A stretch of DNA of 32,000 bases from Pseudomonas aeruginosa. Lineage in GTDB: Bacteria > Pseudomonadota > Gammaproteobacteria > Pseudomonadales > Pseudomonadaceae. The stretch is taken from the NCBI RefSeq assembly GCF_001457615.1, contig NZ_LN831024.1, positions 3,750,001-3,782,000 on the forward strand. Direction: 5' to 3'. The position numbers were made by a program, and so were the translations under genes. The notes beneath the pieces were generated by a model. That model was not told the origin of the DNA. It was given only the letters and a program-made list of their open reading frames with translations, and did no database searches. Shown piece by piece: positions 8,845 to 17,091 of this stretch. Each line of letters starts with the position of its first letter. The first letter of the stretch is position 1.

Positions 8845-10470
8845 ATGTCTTTGCGCAGTATGCCCATCGCGACCCGTGCCGCCCTGAGTTTCGCCCTGAT
8901 CACCGCCCTGCTGGTCATCACCGGCATCTTTTCCCTGAACCGGATGGGTTCGCTCAACGAAGCCTCTTCGGACATCAGCGACAACTGGCTGCCTAGCGTC
9001 CGCGAAAGCGCCGAGTTGAACGTTCTGCTCGCCGAACTGCGGCAGGTGCAACTGGCCCATGTGCTGGCGGCGGACGATAGCAGCAAGCGCTTCCTGGAAA
9101 GCCGCATGACGGAAATCGGCAAGGAACTGACCGATCGCGAGGGCGCCTACCAACGGCTGATCAGTGGTGCCGACGAGCGCTCGATCTACGAGCGCTACCT
9201 GGCTACCCGGCAGACGCTCCTGCAAAGCCAGCAGACCCTGGTGCAGATGTCGCGCAGCAAGCCGCTGGAAGAGACCCGCCAGTACACCGAAAGCACCTTG
9301 CTCGACCAGTACCGCGCCACCCAGCAGCAACTGCAGGCGCTGATCGACTTCAACGTCAAGGGCGCCAGCCAGGCCAGCCACACGGCCGATGAGGTCTATG
9401 ACAGCGCCTTCGCCGCAGTGATCGGCGTACTGCTGGTCGCCGGCCTCGCTACCGTGGTACTGGCCTGGCTGTTCACCCGCAGCATCACCCAACCGATCGG
9501 CGAGGCGCTGCGAGTGGCCGAGGTGATCGCTTCCGGCGACCTCACCAGCCGCATCGACACCTCTGGCCGCGACGAACCGGCCAAGCTGCTGGTCGCCCTC
9601 CAGGGCATGCAGGCACAACTGCGCCAGACCATCCAGCAGATCGGCAGCTCGGCGACCCAACTGGCCTCCGCCGCGGAGGAACTCAGCGCCGTCACCGAGC
9701 AGGGCAACCGCTCGCTGACCCAGCAGAACGACGAAATCCAGATGGCCGCCACCGCGGTCAACGAGATGACCGCCGCCGTCGAGGAAGTGGCGCGCAACGC
9801 CAGCTCCACCTCGGACGCCTCGTCCGCCTCCGAGCAATCGGCGCAGAACGGACGCCAGCGGGTACTGGAGACGGTCCAGGCGATCCGCCTGATGAGCGAA
9901 GAAGTGGACAATACCTCGGCGCTGGTCGGCGGCCTGGCGGAAAAGGCCCAGGACATTTCCAAGGTCCTCGACGTGATCCGCGGTATCGCCGAACAGACCA
10001 ATCTCCTGGCGCTCAACGCGGCCATCGAGGCGGCTCGCGCCGGCGAGCAGGGCCGCGGTTTCGCCGTGGTCGCCGACGAGGTTCGCGCCCTCGCCCATCG
10101 CACCCAGGAATCCACCCGCGAGATCGAGCAGATGATCGCCAACATCCAGGAAGGCACCGGCGCCGCGGTCGGCGCCATGGACAGCAGCAGCGTACGCGCC
10201 CGCAACATGCTGGAGATCGCCGAAGCCGCCGGCCTGGCGCTGAACGAGATCGCGGAGCGGGTCGGCCAGATCAACGAGCGTACCCTGGTGATCGCCAGCG
10301 CCTCCGAGCAGCAGGCCCAGGTGGCCCGCGAGGTCGACCGCAACCTGGTGAACATCCGCGACATCTCGCTGCAGACGTCCGCCGGCTCCAACCAGACCGC
10401 CGCCGCCAGCCAGGAACTGTCGCAACTGGCCATCGACCTGAACAACATGGTCACCCGCTTCGTCGTCTGA
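8845..10470 (+). CDS. Methyl-accepting chemotaxis protein with 4-helix-bundle (4HB_MCP-type) periplasmic domain
   Basis: MSLRSMPIATRAALSFALITALLVITGIFSLNRMG (TM1), TM2 AAVIGVLLVAGLATVVLAWLF, HAMP, and conserved tip DVIRGIAEQTNLLALNAAIEAARAGEQGRGFAVVADEVRALAHRTQ. The longer ORF from 8707 includes the fabB terminator, so the internal ATG is preferred. Confidence 0.93.
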   Translation: MSLRSMPIATRAALSFALITALLVITGIFSLNRMGSLNEASSDISDNWLPSVRESAELNVLLAELRQVQLAHVLAADDSSKRFLESRMTEIGKELTDREGAYQRLISGADERSIYERYLATRQTLLQSQQTLVQMSRSKPLEETRQYTESTLLDQYRATQQQLQALIDFNVKGASQASHTADEVYDSAFAAVIGVLLVAGLATVVLAWLFTRSITQPIGEALRVAEVIASGDLTSRIDTSGRDEPAKLLVALQGMQAQLRQTIQQIGSSATQLASAAEELSAVTEQGNRSLTQQNDEIQMAATAVNEMTAAVEEVARNASSTSDASSASEQSAQNGRQRVLETVQAIRLMSEEVDNTSALVGGLAEKAQDISKVLDVIRGIAEQTNLLALNAAIEAARAGEQGRGFAVVADEVRALAHRTQESTREIEQMIANIQEGTGAAVGAMDSSSVRARNMLEIAEAAGLALNEIAERVGQINERTLVIASASEQQAQVAREVDRNLVNIRDISLQTSAGSNQTAAASQELSQLAIDLNNMVTRFVV

Positions 10471-10575
10471 CCATGCCGTGCGCCGTCTCACGGCGGCGCA
10501 CTTCCTCCGGTTGCCCAGCGTGAAGCCCGGGTTTTACCATGAAACCCGATCCTCTCCCCCTCCGGAGCCGCCCAG

Positions 10576-11016
10576 ATGGTCAAGCGCACCAGCCACAAGC
10601 AAGCCAGTTGTCCAGTCGCCCGCCCGCTGGACGTGATCGGCGACGGCTGGTCGATGCTCATCGTGCGCGATGCCTTCGAAGGACTGACGCGCTTCGGCGA
10701 ATTCCAGAAGAGCCTCGGCCTGGCCAAGAACATCCTGGCGGCGCGCCTGCGCAACCTGGTGGAGCACGGCGTGATGGTGGCGGTCCCGGCCGAAAGCGGC
10801 AGTCACCAGGAATACCGCCTGACTGACAAGGGACGCGCGCTCTTCCCCCTGCTGGTGGCGATTCGGCAGTGGGGCGAGGACTATTTCTTCGCCCCGGACG
10901 AATCCCATGTCCGCCTGGTCGAGCGCGACAGCGGCCAGCCGGTGCCGCGCCTGCAGGTACGCGCCGGCGACGGCAGTCCGCTCGCCGCGGAAGATACCCG
11001 GGTCAGCAGGGACTGA
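10576..11016 (+). CDS. HxlR-family winged-helix transcriptional regulator
   Basis: 146-aa ORF MVKRTSHKQASCPVARPLDVIGDGWSMLIVRDAFEGLTRFGEFQKSLGLAKNILAARLRNLVEHGVM: conserved Cys and GDxW...LIVRDAF...RFxEFxxxLxLxxNxLxxRLxxL pattern. Confidence 0.93.
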   Translation: MVKRTSHKQASCPVARPLDVIGDGWSMLIVRDAFEGLTRFGEFQKSLGLAKNILAARLRNLVEHGVMVAVPAESGSHQEYRLTDKGRALFPLLVAIRQWGEDYFFAPDESHVRLVERDSGQPVPRLQVRAGDGSPLAAEDTRVSRD

Positions 11017-11156
11017 TCGAAGGACGAACAGGCTACCGTCGGCATCCGTTCGTACGCCGCCCTACCGCACGCAGGCAACCCTTGCCCGGTAGAGCGAATG
11101 GCGCCCCCGCGTTATCCACGCCACACAAGAAAACCAGCGCTTTGCATGGCTCGCGC

Positions 11157-11633
11157 TCAGCGCACGTCGAAGGATTTCTCCGCCAGCAGGCGATCGCCCT
11201 GGAACACCATCAACCGCCATTCGCCCTTCACCACTTCGTGCGGCTCGGTGAATTCGTAGGCCATGACATCGGTCGGCGCGCCCGGCACCAGCTTCTGCAC
11301 CACTTCGAACTTGTCATGCCGCTGACCATCCGGAGTGACCACGCCCGGGGTGAGGTAGAGCAGCGTCAAAGGCGTATCGCCTTCCTGCTTGCCGCTGAGT
11401 TGATAACGCATGCCGAACTTGGTGCCGAGCTTGGCCGGGACTTCGGTGGTCTGCTGGATGTTCTGCTCGCTACGGGTCAATACCCGTTCGCCGGGCTGGA
11501 AATCCTGGTAGCGGCTTTCGAACACGCCATATTCGATGGGGCCGTCGATACGCACCTCGGCCTGCGCCGCCACGGCGACGCCGGCGCCGAGCAGGAAGAC
11601 GGAACGACTGATGCAAGAACGGATGAAGGACAT
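11157..11633 (-). CDS. DUF3859-family periplasmic protein
   Basis: 158-aa ORF with signal peptide (SVFLLGAGVAVAAQA) and VRIDGPIEYGVFESRYQDFQPG...TTEVPAKLGTKFGMRYQLSG...EFTEPHEVVKGEWRLMVFQGDRLLAEKSFDV typical of DUF3859. Confidence 0.75.
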   Translation of the reverse strand: MSFIRSCISRSVFLLGAGVAVAAQAEVRIDGPIEYGVFESRYQDFQPGERVLTRSEQNIQQTTEVPAKLGTKFGMRYQLSGKQEGDTPLTLLYLTPGVVTPDGQRHDKFEVVQKLVPGAPTDVMAYEFTEPHEVVKGEWRLMVFQGDRLLAEKSFDVR

Positions 11634-11701
11634 GACTCACTCCTGGATGGGACTGGCGCGAGCCTATGACGCCGGCATGACAGACTGATGACGAATCCGG
11701 G

Positions 11702-12736
11702 TTATTCGCCTCGCGGATCGGCGGGCTGGCGCGGCAGCACCGCCAGAAAGTTGTCCCGCGCCACCTGGCGAGCGACCTGCTCGGGCAAGGCGTCGAGGAA
11801 CGGATCGAAGCTCGCCATCAACTCGGGCAGGCTGTCGAACTGGCCGACCACATCGGAACCGAGCATGAAGCGTTGCGGAAACCGCTCGACCAGTGCCAGC
11901 CACTGCGGATCGGGCTTGCCCTGCTCGTCCAGCAGGTACGGGCGCAACACCGACCAGGACAGGTCGATGTAGAGGTTCGGGTAGCGCTGTAGCAGACGCC
12001 GAAGGGTCGGCAGGAGGAAGTCCAGTTTCTTCTGGTGGCGATGGATCTCCATGCTGGTCCCGGCATGGGCCCAGATGAACCGCACATGCGGGTGATTGCG
12101 CAGGGGCTCCTCGATTTCCGCCAGGTACAGCGGGTTGCGTTCGCGCTTGGAAGTGACGTTGGCGTGCAGCAACACCGGCAGGTCGAATTCGGCGGCCAGG
12201 TGATAGACCCGCGCCAGCGCCTCGTTGTTGGCCCTCGGCACGTCGCCGTAGGTCAGCGCGGTGAGGTCGTCGTGACGGGTAAAGATCTCGCCGATGCCCT
12301 GCCAGAGTCCCGGGTCCAGCTCCAGCATGCGACGGATGTGCGCGTCGGCGTTCTTGTCGGTCGGGTTGAAACCGGTCAGGAACGGATGCACGCGCCGCCG
12401 CTGCTCGGCTGGCAGGGATTTCACCGCCGCCGCCACGATCACGTCGGTGGCGCTGTACCAATAGGCTCCGGCATCGTCACCAGCGTAGTAGCGCGGCCGC
12501 TTCGGCTCGTCCTCGTGCCATTTCTTGGCGACCGCGACGCCGCTGAGCATCACATGGTCGACCCGGCCTTTGTCCATCGCCTCCAGCAGCCGCGGCATGC
12601 CTTCGCTTTCCTGGAAGAAATCCACATAGTGCACGTGAGCGTCGCTGTAGCGATAATCCCTGGCATGGGTCAAGGATGTCACCAGGGACAGGGCGAACAA
12701 TGTCAAAAACAGGGCACGCGTACGGGGGCCAGCCAT
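11702..12736 (-). CDS. Exported amidohydrolase-family (TIM-barrel) protein
   Basis: 344-aa ORF with signal peptide (ALFLTLFALSLVTSLTHA), metal-binding-like DAHVHYVDFF, LHANVTSK, WAHAGTSME, MLGSDVVGQFDSLP, consistent with the Amidohydro_2 superfamily. Confidence 0.8.
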   Translation of the reverse strand: MAGPRTRALFLTLFALSLVTSLTHARDYRYSDAHVHYVDFFQESEGMPRLLEAMDKGRVDHVMLSGVAVAKKWHEDEPKRPRYYAGDDAGAYWYSATDVIVAAAVKSLPAEQRRRVHPFLTGFNPTDKNADAHIRRMLELDPGLWQGIGEIFTRHDDLTALTYGDVPRANNEALARVYHLAAEFDLPVLLHANVTSKRERNPLYLAEIEEPLRNHPHVRFIWAHAGTSMEIHRHQKKLDFLLPTLRRLLQRYPNLYIDLSWSVLRPYLLDEQGKPDPQWLALVERFPQRFMLGSDVVGQFDSLPELMASFDPFLDALPEQVARQVARDNFLAVLPRQPADPRGE

Positions 12737-13640
12737 GGCATTCCTCCTGATAGGCCTGAGTGAACATAGACCGCTGCCGCTCGGCCAGGGTTCGCCGCTC
12801 CGCTGGCTGGCCCTGCTGTTCGGCCTGCTGGCCTGGCATGCCGGGGCTGGCGAACGGGTGATCTATCCGCGCCATTCCGAAGGGCGCAACCCCGAACCCT
12901 ACGTCGTCGAGCTGCTGCAACTGGCGCTGGCCAGGAGCGGCGGCGACTACCGCCTGGAGCCCAGCGCGCAGCCCATGCCGCAGTCCCGTGCGCAACTGCG
13001 CCTGGAGCAGGACGATCCGGGCCTGCAGGTGATGTGGGCGCAGTCCCGCGACGACCTGGAAGAGACCCTGCTGCCGATCCGCATTCCGATCTATCGCGGC
13101 CTGATCGGCTGGCGCATCCCCCTGGTCAGCGCCGCCAACAAGGATATCCTGGCCTCGGTGCGGACCCTCGACGATCTCCGCCGCCTGCGCTTCGGCCAGC
13201 GCCAGGACTGGGCCGACACACCGATCCTGCGCGCCAACGGCCTGGAGGTGAAGACCAGCCAGAACTACGAGAGCCTGTTCCGCATGCTCGATGCCGGCCG
13301 CTTCGAGGTCTTCCCCCGCGAGGTCGTAGTGATCGACGGAGAACTGGAGGACGCCTCCCGCGCCGGGCTGCACCTGGCGATCGACCAGCACCTGGCCCTG
13401 CACTACCCCGCGGCCTTCTATTTCTTCGTTTCGCGTCAACGCCCGGAACTGGCCGAGGCCATTCGCCAGGGCCTGGAGAAGGCGATTGCCGACGGTAGCT
13501 TCGAACGGCTGTTCGAGCGACATTTCAAGACGCGGCTGGAAAAGCTTGCCCTTCGGCAGCGGAGAATAATCGAGCTGAAAAACCCCTATCTTCCAAGAAA
13601 AACTCCTTTTCAGCGCGAGGCACTCTGGTACCGGCCGTGA
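12735..13640 (+). CDS. Periplasmic amino-acid-type solute-binding protein (SBP_bac_3-like)
   Basis: 301-aa ORF with hydrophobic leader SPLRWLALLFGLLAWHAGAG, then YVVELLQLALARSGGDYRL...MWAQSRDDLEETLLPIRIPIYRGLIGWRI...LRRLRFGQRQDWADTPILRANGLEVKTSQNYESLFRMLDAGRFEVFPREV...EAIRQGLEKAIADGSFERLFERHF. No adjacent permease. Confidence 0.75.
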   Translation: MAFLLIGLSEHRPLPLGQGSPLRWLALLFGLLAWHAGAGERVIYPRHSEGRNPEPYVVELLQLALARSGGDYRLEPSAQPMPQSRAQLRLEQDDPGLQVMWAQSRDDLEETLLPIRIPIYRGLIGWRIPLVSAANKDILASVRTLDDLRRLRFGQRQDWADTPILRANGLEVKTSQNYESLFRMLDAGRFEVFPREVVVIDGELEDASRAGLHLAIDQHLALHYPAAFYFFVSRQRPELAEAIRQGLEKAIADGSFERLFERHFKTRLEKLALRQRRIIELKNPYLPRKTPFQREALWYRP

Positions 13641-13669
13641 GCTAGAATGAGGCCTTCACGCCACCACCG

Positions 13670-14101
13670 ATGCCCAGCATGTCCCGTACCACCCCGTACC
13701 GCCTCGACGACCAGATCGGCTTCATCCTGCGCCAGGCCAACCAGCGCTATGCAGCGTTGTTCGCCAATGGCATCGGCAACGGCCTGACACCCACCCAGTG
13801 GGCCGCCCTGGTCCGCCTCGGCGAGACCGGACCCTGCCCGCAGAACCAGCTCGGCCGACTCACCGCCATGGACGCCGCGACCATCAAGGGCGTCGTCGAG
13901 CGCCTGGACAAACGGGGACTGATCCAGCGCAGCGCCGATCCGGACGACGGCCGGCGCCTGCTGGTCAGCCTCAGTCCTGCCGGACGCGCCGAACTCGAGG
14001 CCGGCCTGGCGGCCGCCCGCGAGATCAACCGGCAGGCCTTGGCCCCCCTCTCCCCGCAAGAACAGGAAACCCTGCGCGGGTTGCTCGCTCGCCTGACCTG
14101 A
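13670..14101 (+). CDS. MarR-family transcriptional regulator
   Basis: 143-aa ORF: LDDQIGFILRQANQRYAALFA...LTPTQWAALVRL...NQLGRLTAMDAATIKGVVERLDKRGLIQRSADPDDGRRLLVSLSPAG, a canonical MarR winged helix. Confidence 0.95.
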   Translation: MPSMSRTTPYRLDDQIGFILRQANQRYAALFANGIGNGLTPTQWAALVRLGETGPCPQNQLGRLTAMDAATIKGVVERLDKRGLIQRSADPDDGRRLLVSLSPAGRAELEAGLAAAREINRQALAPLSPQEQETLRGLLARLT

Positions 14102-14173
14102 GGCCATTGCGGTCTATCCTTTTGTCCGCGTTGCGTCGCCCGGAGCTGCGCCTTTCGTCGTAGCGGCCTGCCA

Positions 14174-14218
14174 TTGACAGTTCACCGCAGGCGTTCATAA
14201 CATGTTTGTATACAAACA
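14174..14218 (+). promoter_or_regulatory. Predicted sigma-70 promoter overlapping a perfect 16-bp palindrome (candidate MarR operator)
   Basis: TTGACA (14174-14179), 16-nt spacer, CATAAC (14196-14201), then TGTTTGTATACAAACA (14203-14218), self-complementary over all 16 bases, between the MarR gene and the oxidoreductase cluster. Confidence 0.7.
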
Positions 14219-14307
14219 AATTCCCGCATAGCCGCATGCTACCAGGCACGGCTGACGGGATATCCGCCTGATGAACAGCCATGCCGCCGGCATGGGGAGA
14301 AACCGCC

Positions 14308-14799
14308 ATGAGCGATGCCCTTGCCCTGACCGTCAACGGTCAGTCCCTGCGCCTCGATGTCGCCCCCGATACCCCCCTGCTCTATGTCCTGCGCAACGAC
14401 CTGCAACTGAACGGTCCCAAGTTCGGCTGCGGCCTCGGCGAGTGCGGCGCCTGCACCGTGCTGATGGATGGCGTCGCCACCCGCTCCTGCATCACCCCGG
14501 TGGAGGCCGCCGTAGGCCGCCGGGTGGTTACCCTCGAAGGACTCGGCGATGCCGCCCATCCCCATCCGCTGCAACAGGCCTTCATCGACGAACAGGCCGC
14601 CCAATGCGGCTACTGCATCAACGGCATGGTGATGACCGCCAAGGCGTTGCTGGATCGCAACCCGAACCCCAGCGACGGCGAGATCCGCCAGGAATTGGCC
14701 TACAACCTGTGTCGCTGCGGCACCCATGTGGAGATTCTCAAGGCCGTGCGGCGTGCCGCCGAGAGCCTGAAGGAGCATCAGGAGGAGCACCCGGCATGA
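14308..14799 (+). CDS. 2Fe-2S subunit of molybdenum hydroxylase (isoquinoline 1-oxidoreductase/aldehyde dehydrogenase small-subunit type)
   Basis: MSDALALTVNGQSLRLDVAPDTPLLYVLRNDLQLNGPKFGCGLGECGACTVLMDG...CGYCINGMVMTAKALL...NLCRCGTH: both 2Fe-2S cluster motifs. Internal ATG preferred over 14281. Confidence 0.95.
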   Translation: MSDALALTVNGQSLRLDVAPDTPLLYVLRNDLQLNGPKFGCGLGECGACTVLMDGVATRSCITPVEAAVGRRVVTLEGLGDAAHPHPLQQAFIDEQAAQCGYCINGMVMTAKALLDRNPNPSDGEIRQELAYNLCRCGTHVEILKAVRRAAESLKEHQEEHPA

Positions 14800-17042
14800 G
14801 CCTGGCCAATCCCTCGCGACGCGGCTTCCTCAAGGCCGGCGGCCTGCTGCTGGTCACCGTCAACCTGCCCGCCCCGCTGCTCGCCCTTGCCGAGCAGGGC
14901 GCCACCGACCTGCCGCTGGACCAGGTCGACTCGTTCATCGCCATTGCCGCGGACGGCAAGGTCACCGCCTTCTGCGGCCACGTCGACCTTGGTACCGGCA
15001 TCCGCACGGCACTGGCGCAGATTGTCGCCGAAGAGTTGGACGTCGCGTTCGAGCAGGTCGAGATGATCCTCGGCGACACCCGTCGCACACCGGACCAGGG
15101 GCCGACCATCGCCAGCGCCAGCATCCAGGTCAGCGCCGTGCCGCTGCGCCAGGCCGCCGCCGAAGCCCGGCGCTTCCTCCTGCGCCAGGCCGGAAGCCAT
15201 TTCCCGGTGCATCCGGACAGCCTGCGCAGCGAAAACGGCCAGGTCTTCGCCGCCGCCAATCCGCAGCGACGGATCGGCTACGGCGAGTTGCTGCGAGGCC
15301 AGCGCTTCAACCTGAACATCGACGGCAAGGCGCCGCTCAAGCCGCGCAGCGAGTACCGTCTGGTCGGCAAGCCGGTGCGTCGGGTGGACATCCCGGCGAA
15401 GCTGACCGGTCAACTGACCTATGTCCACGACATGCGCTTGCCCGGCATGCTGCATGGGCGAGTGGTACGCCCGCCCTATACCGGCGCGGATGTCAGCGCC
15501 CCGCTCGGCAGCGGCCTGCTGGCGGTGGACGAAAGCTCGGTCGCCGGGCTGCCGGGGCTGGTCAAGGTGGTCGTGATCGGCGACTTCGTCGGCGTGGTCT
15601 GCGAACGCGAGGAGCAGGCGATCCGCGCCGCGCGCCAGCTCAAGGTGCGCTGGAAGGACTGGCAGGGCCTGCCGCCGCTGGAACCCGACCGGCTCGAGGA
15701 CACGCTTCGCCGGCATCCGAAGAAGCCACGCACGCTGCACGACTCACCCGGTCTCGAGCAGCACCTCGCGGGCATCGCCCGGCCGCTGTCGGCCACCTAT
15801 GTCTGGCCCTACCAGTTGCACGCCTCCATCGGCCCTTCCTGCGCCCTCGCCGAGGTCGATGCGCAGCGCGCTCGCGTCTGGTCCGGCACGCAGAACCCGC
15901 ACGACCTGCGCAACGACCTGGCCAGGCTGCTGCAGCGCGAGACCGGGGACATCGAGGTGATTCGCATGGAAGCCGCCGGCTGCTACGGACGCAACGGCGC
16001 CGACGACGTCAGCGCCGACGCCGTGCTCCTGGCGCAGGCAGTGGGCCGGCCGGTGCGGGTACAACTGATGCGCGAACAGGAACATGGCTGGGAACCGAAA
16101 GGCACCGCGCAATTGATCGAGGTCCGCGGCGGTCTCGACGAGCAAGGCCGGGTGGCGGCCTACGACTTCGCCACCTGCTACCCCTCCAACGGCGCGCCGA
16201 CCCTGGCCCTGCTCCTCACCGGGCGAATCCCGGCCACCCCGCAGGTGGCCGACATGGGCGACCGCACCGCGATCCCGCAATACCGCTACCCGCGGATGCG
16301 GGTGGTGGCCAACGACGCCGCCCCCATCGTCCGCGCGTCCTGGATGCGCGGCGTCTCGGCGCTGCCGAACGTGTTCGCCCATGAGTCCTACGTCGACGAA
16401 CTGGCGCACCTGGCCGGCATCGACCCCATCGCCTTCCGCCGCCGCTACCTGGACGACCAGCGCGCCCTGGCGCTGATCGACGCCCTGGTCGCCCGCTCCG
16501 GCTGGCAGCCACGCACCTCCCCCAACCCAGAGGCGCGCCGGGACGGCTTGCTGAAGGGACGCGGCTTCGCCTATGCGCGCTACTTCCACAGCAAGTTTCC
16601 CGGTTTCGGCGCCGCCTGGGCCGCCTGGATCGTCGACGTCGAGGTGAACCCGGAGAACGGCGCGGTGCGCGTCGCCAAGGTCTGGGTCGCCCATGACTGC
16701 GGGCAGATGGTCAATCCCGATGGGGTCAGGCACCAGGTCCACGGCAACGTCATCCAGTCCACCAGCCGGGTACTCAAGGAGTTCGCCACCTTCGACCGCC
16801 GTGGCGTCACCAGCCTGGAATGGGGCGGCTACCCGATCCTCGGCTTCCCCGAACTGCCGGAGATCGACGTACTGCTGCTCGACCGCCCCGAGCAGCCACC
16901 GATGGGCGCTGGCGAGTCAGCCTCGGTGCCCAGCGCCGCGGCCATCGCCAATGCGATCTTCGACGCTACCGGGGCGCGCCTGCGACAGGTGCCGTTCACT
17001 CCGGAACGCGTACTCGCGGCGCTGCGCAGCGCGCAGGCCTGA
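14796..17042 (+). CDS. Molybdopterin-cytosine-dinucleotide-type dehydrogenase large subunit (IorB / isoquinoline oxidoreductase-like), Tat-exported
   Basis: Starts in an ATGA overlap: MSLANPSRRGFLKAGGLLLVTVNLPAPLLALA (twin-arginine signal). 748 aa, xanthine-dehydrogenase-family sequence (GRVVRPPYTGADV, WMRGVSALPNVFAHESYVDELAH) with QPPMGAGESASVPSAAAIANAIFDATG matching the conserved catalytic Glu loop. Confidence 0.93.
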   Translation: MSLANPSRRGFLKAGGLLLVTVNLPAPLLALAEQGATDLPLDQVDSFIAIAADGKVTAFCGHVDLGTGIRTALAQIVAEELDVAFEQVEMILGDTRRTPDQGPTIASASIQVSAVPLRQAAAEARRFLLRQAGSHFPVHPDSLRSENGQVFAAANPQRRIGYGELLRGQRFNLNIDGKAPLKPRSEYRLVGKPVRRVDIPAKLTGQLTYVHDMRLPGMLHGRVVRPPYTGADVSAPLGSGLLAVDESSVAGLPGLVKVVVIGDFVGVVCEREEQAIRAARQLKVRWKDWQGLPPLEPDRLEDTLRRHPKKPRTLHDSPGLEQHLAGIARPLSATYVWPYQLHASIGPSCALAEVDAQRARVWSGTQNPHDLRNDLARLLQRETGDIEVIRMEAAGCYGRNGADDVSADAVLLAQAVGRPVRVQLMREQEHGWEPKGTAQLIEVRGGLDEQGRVAAYDFATCYPSNGAPTLALLLTGRIPATPQVADMGDRTAIPQYRYPRMRVVANDAAPIVRASWMRGVSALPNVFAHESYVDELAHLAGIDPIAFRRRYLDDQRALALIDALVARSGWQPRTSPNPEARRDGLLKGRGFAYARYFHSKFPGFGAAWAAWIVDVEVNPENGAVRVAKVWVAHDCGQMVNPDGVRHQVHGNVIQSTSRVLKEFATFDRRGVTSLEWGGYPILGFPELPEIDVLLLDRPEQPPMGAGESASVPSAAAIANAIFDATGARLRQVPFTPERVLAALRSAQA

Positions 17043-17091
17043 TCCTTTTCCCCGGGGCGCCGCGGCGCCCCGCGCAGTGGATGACTGACAG

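Noticed and set aside
14271-14795. N-terminal extension of the large oxidoreductase subunit ORF
   Set aside because: It overlaps the 2Fe-2S subunit gene in another frame; the Tat signal at 14796 marks the true start.
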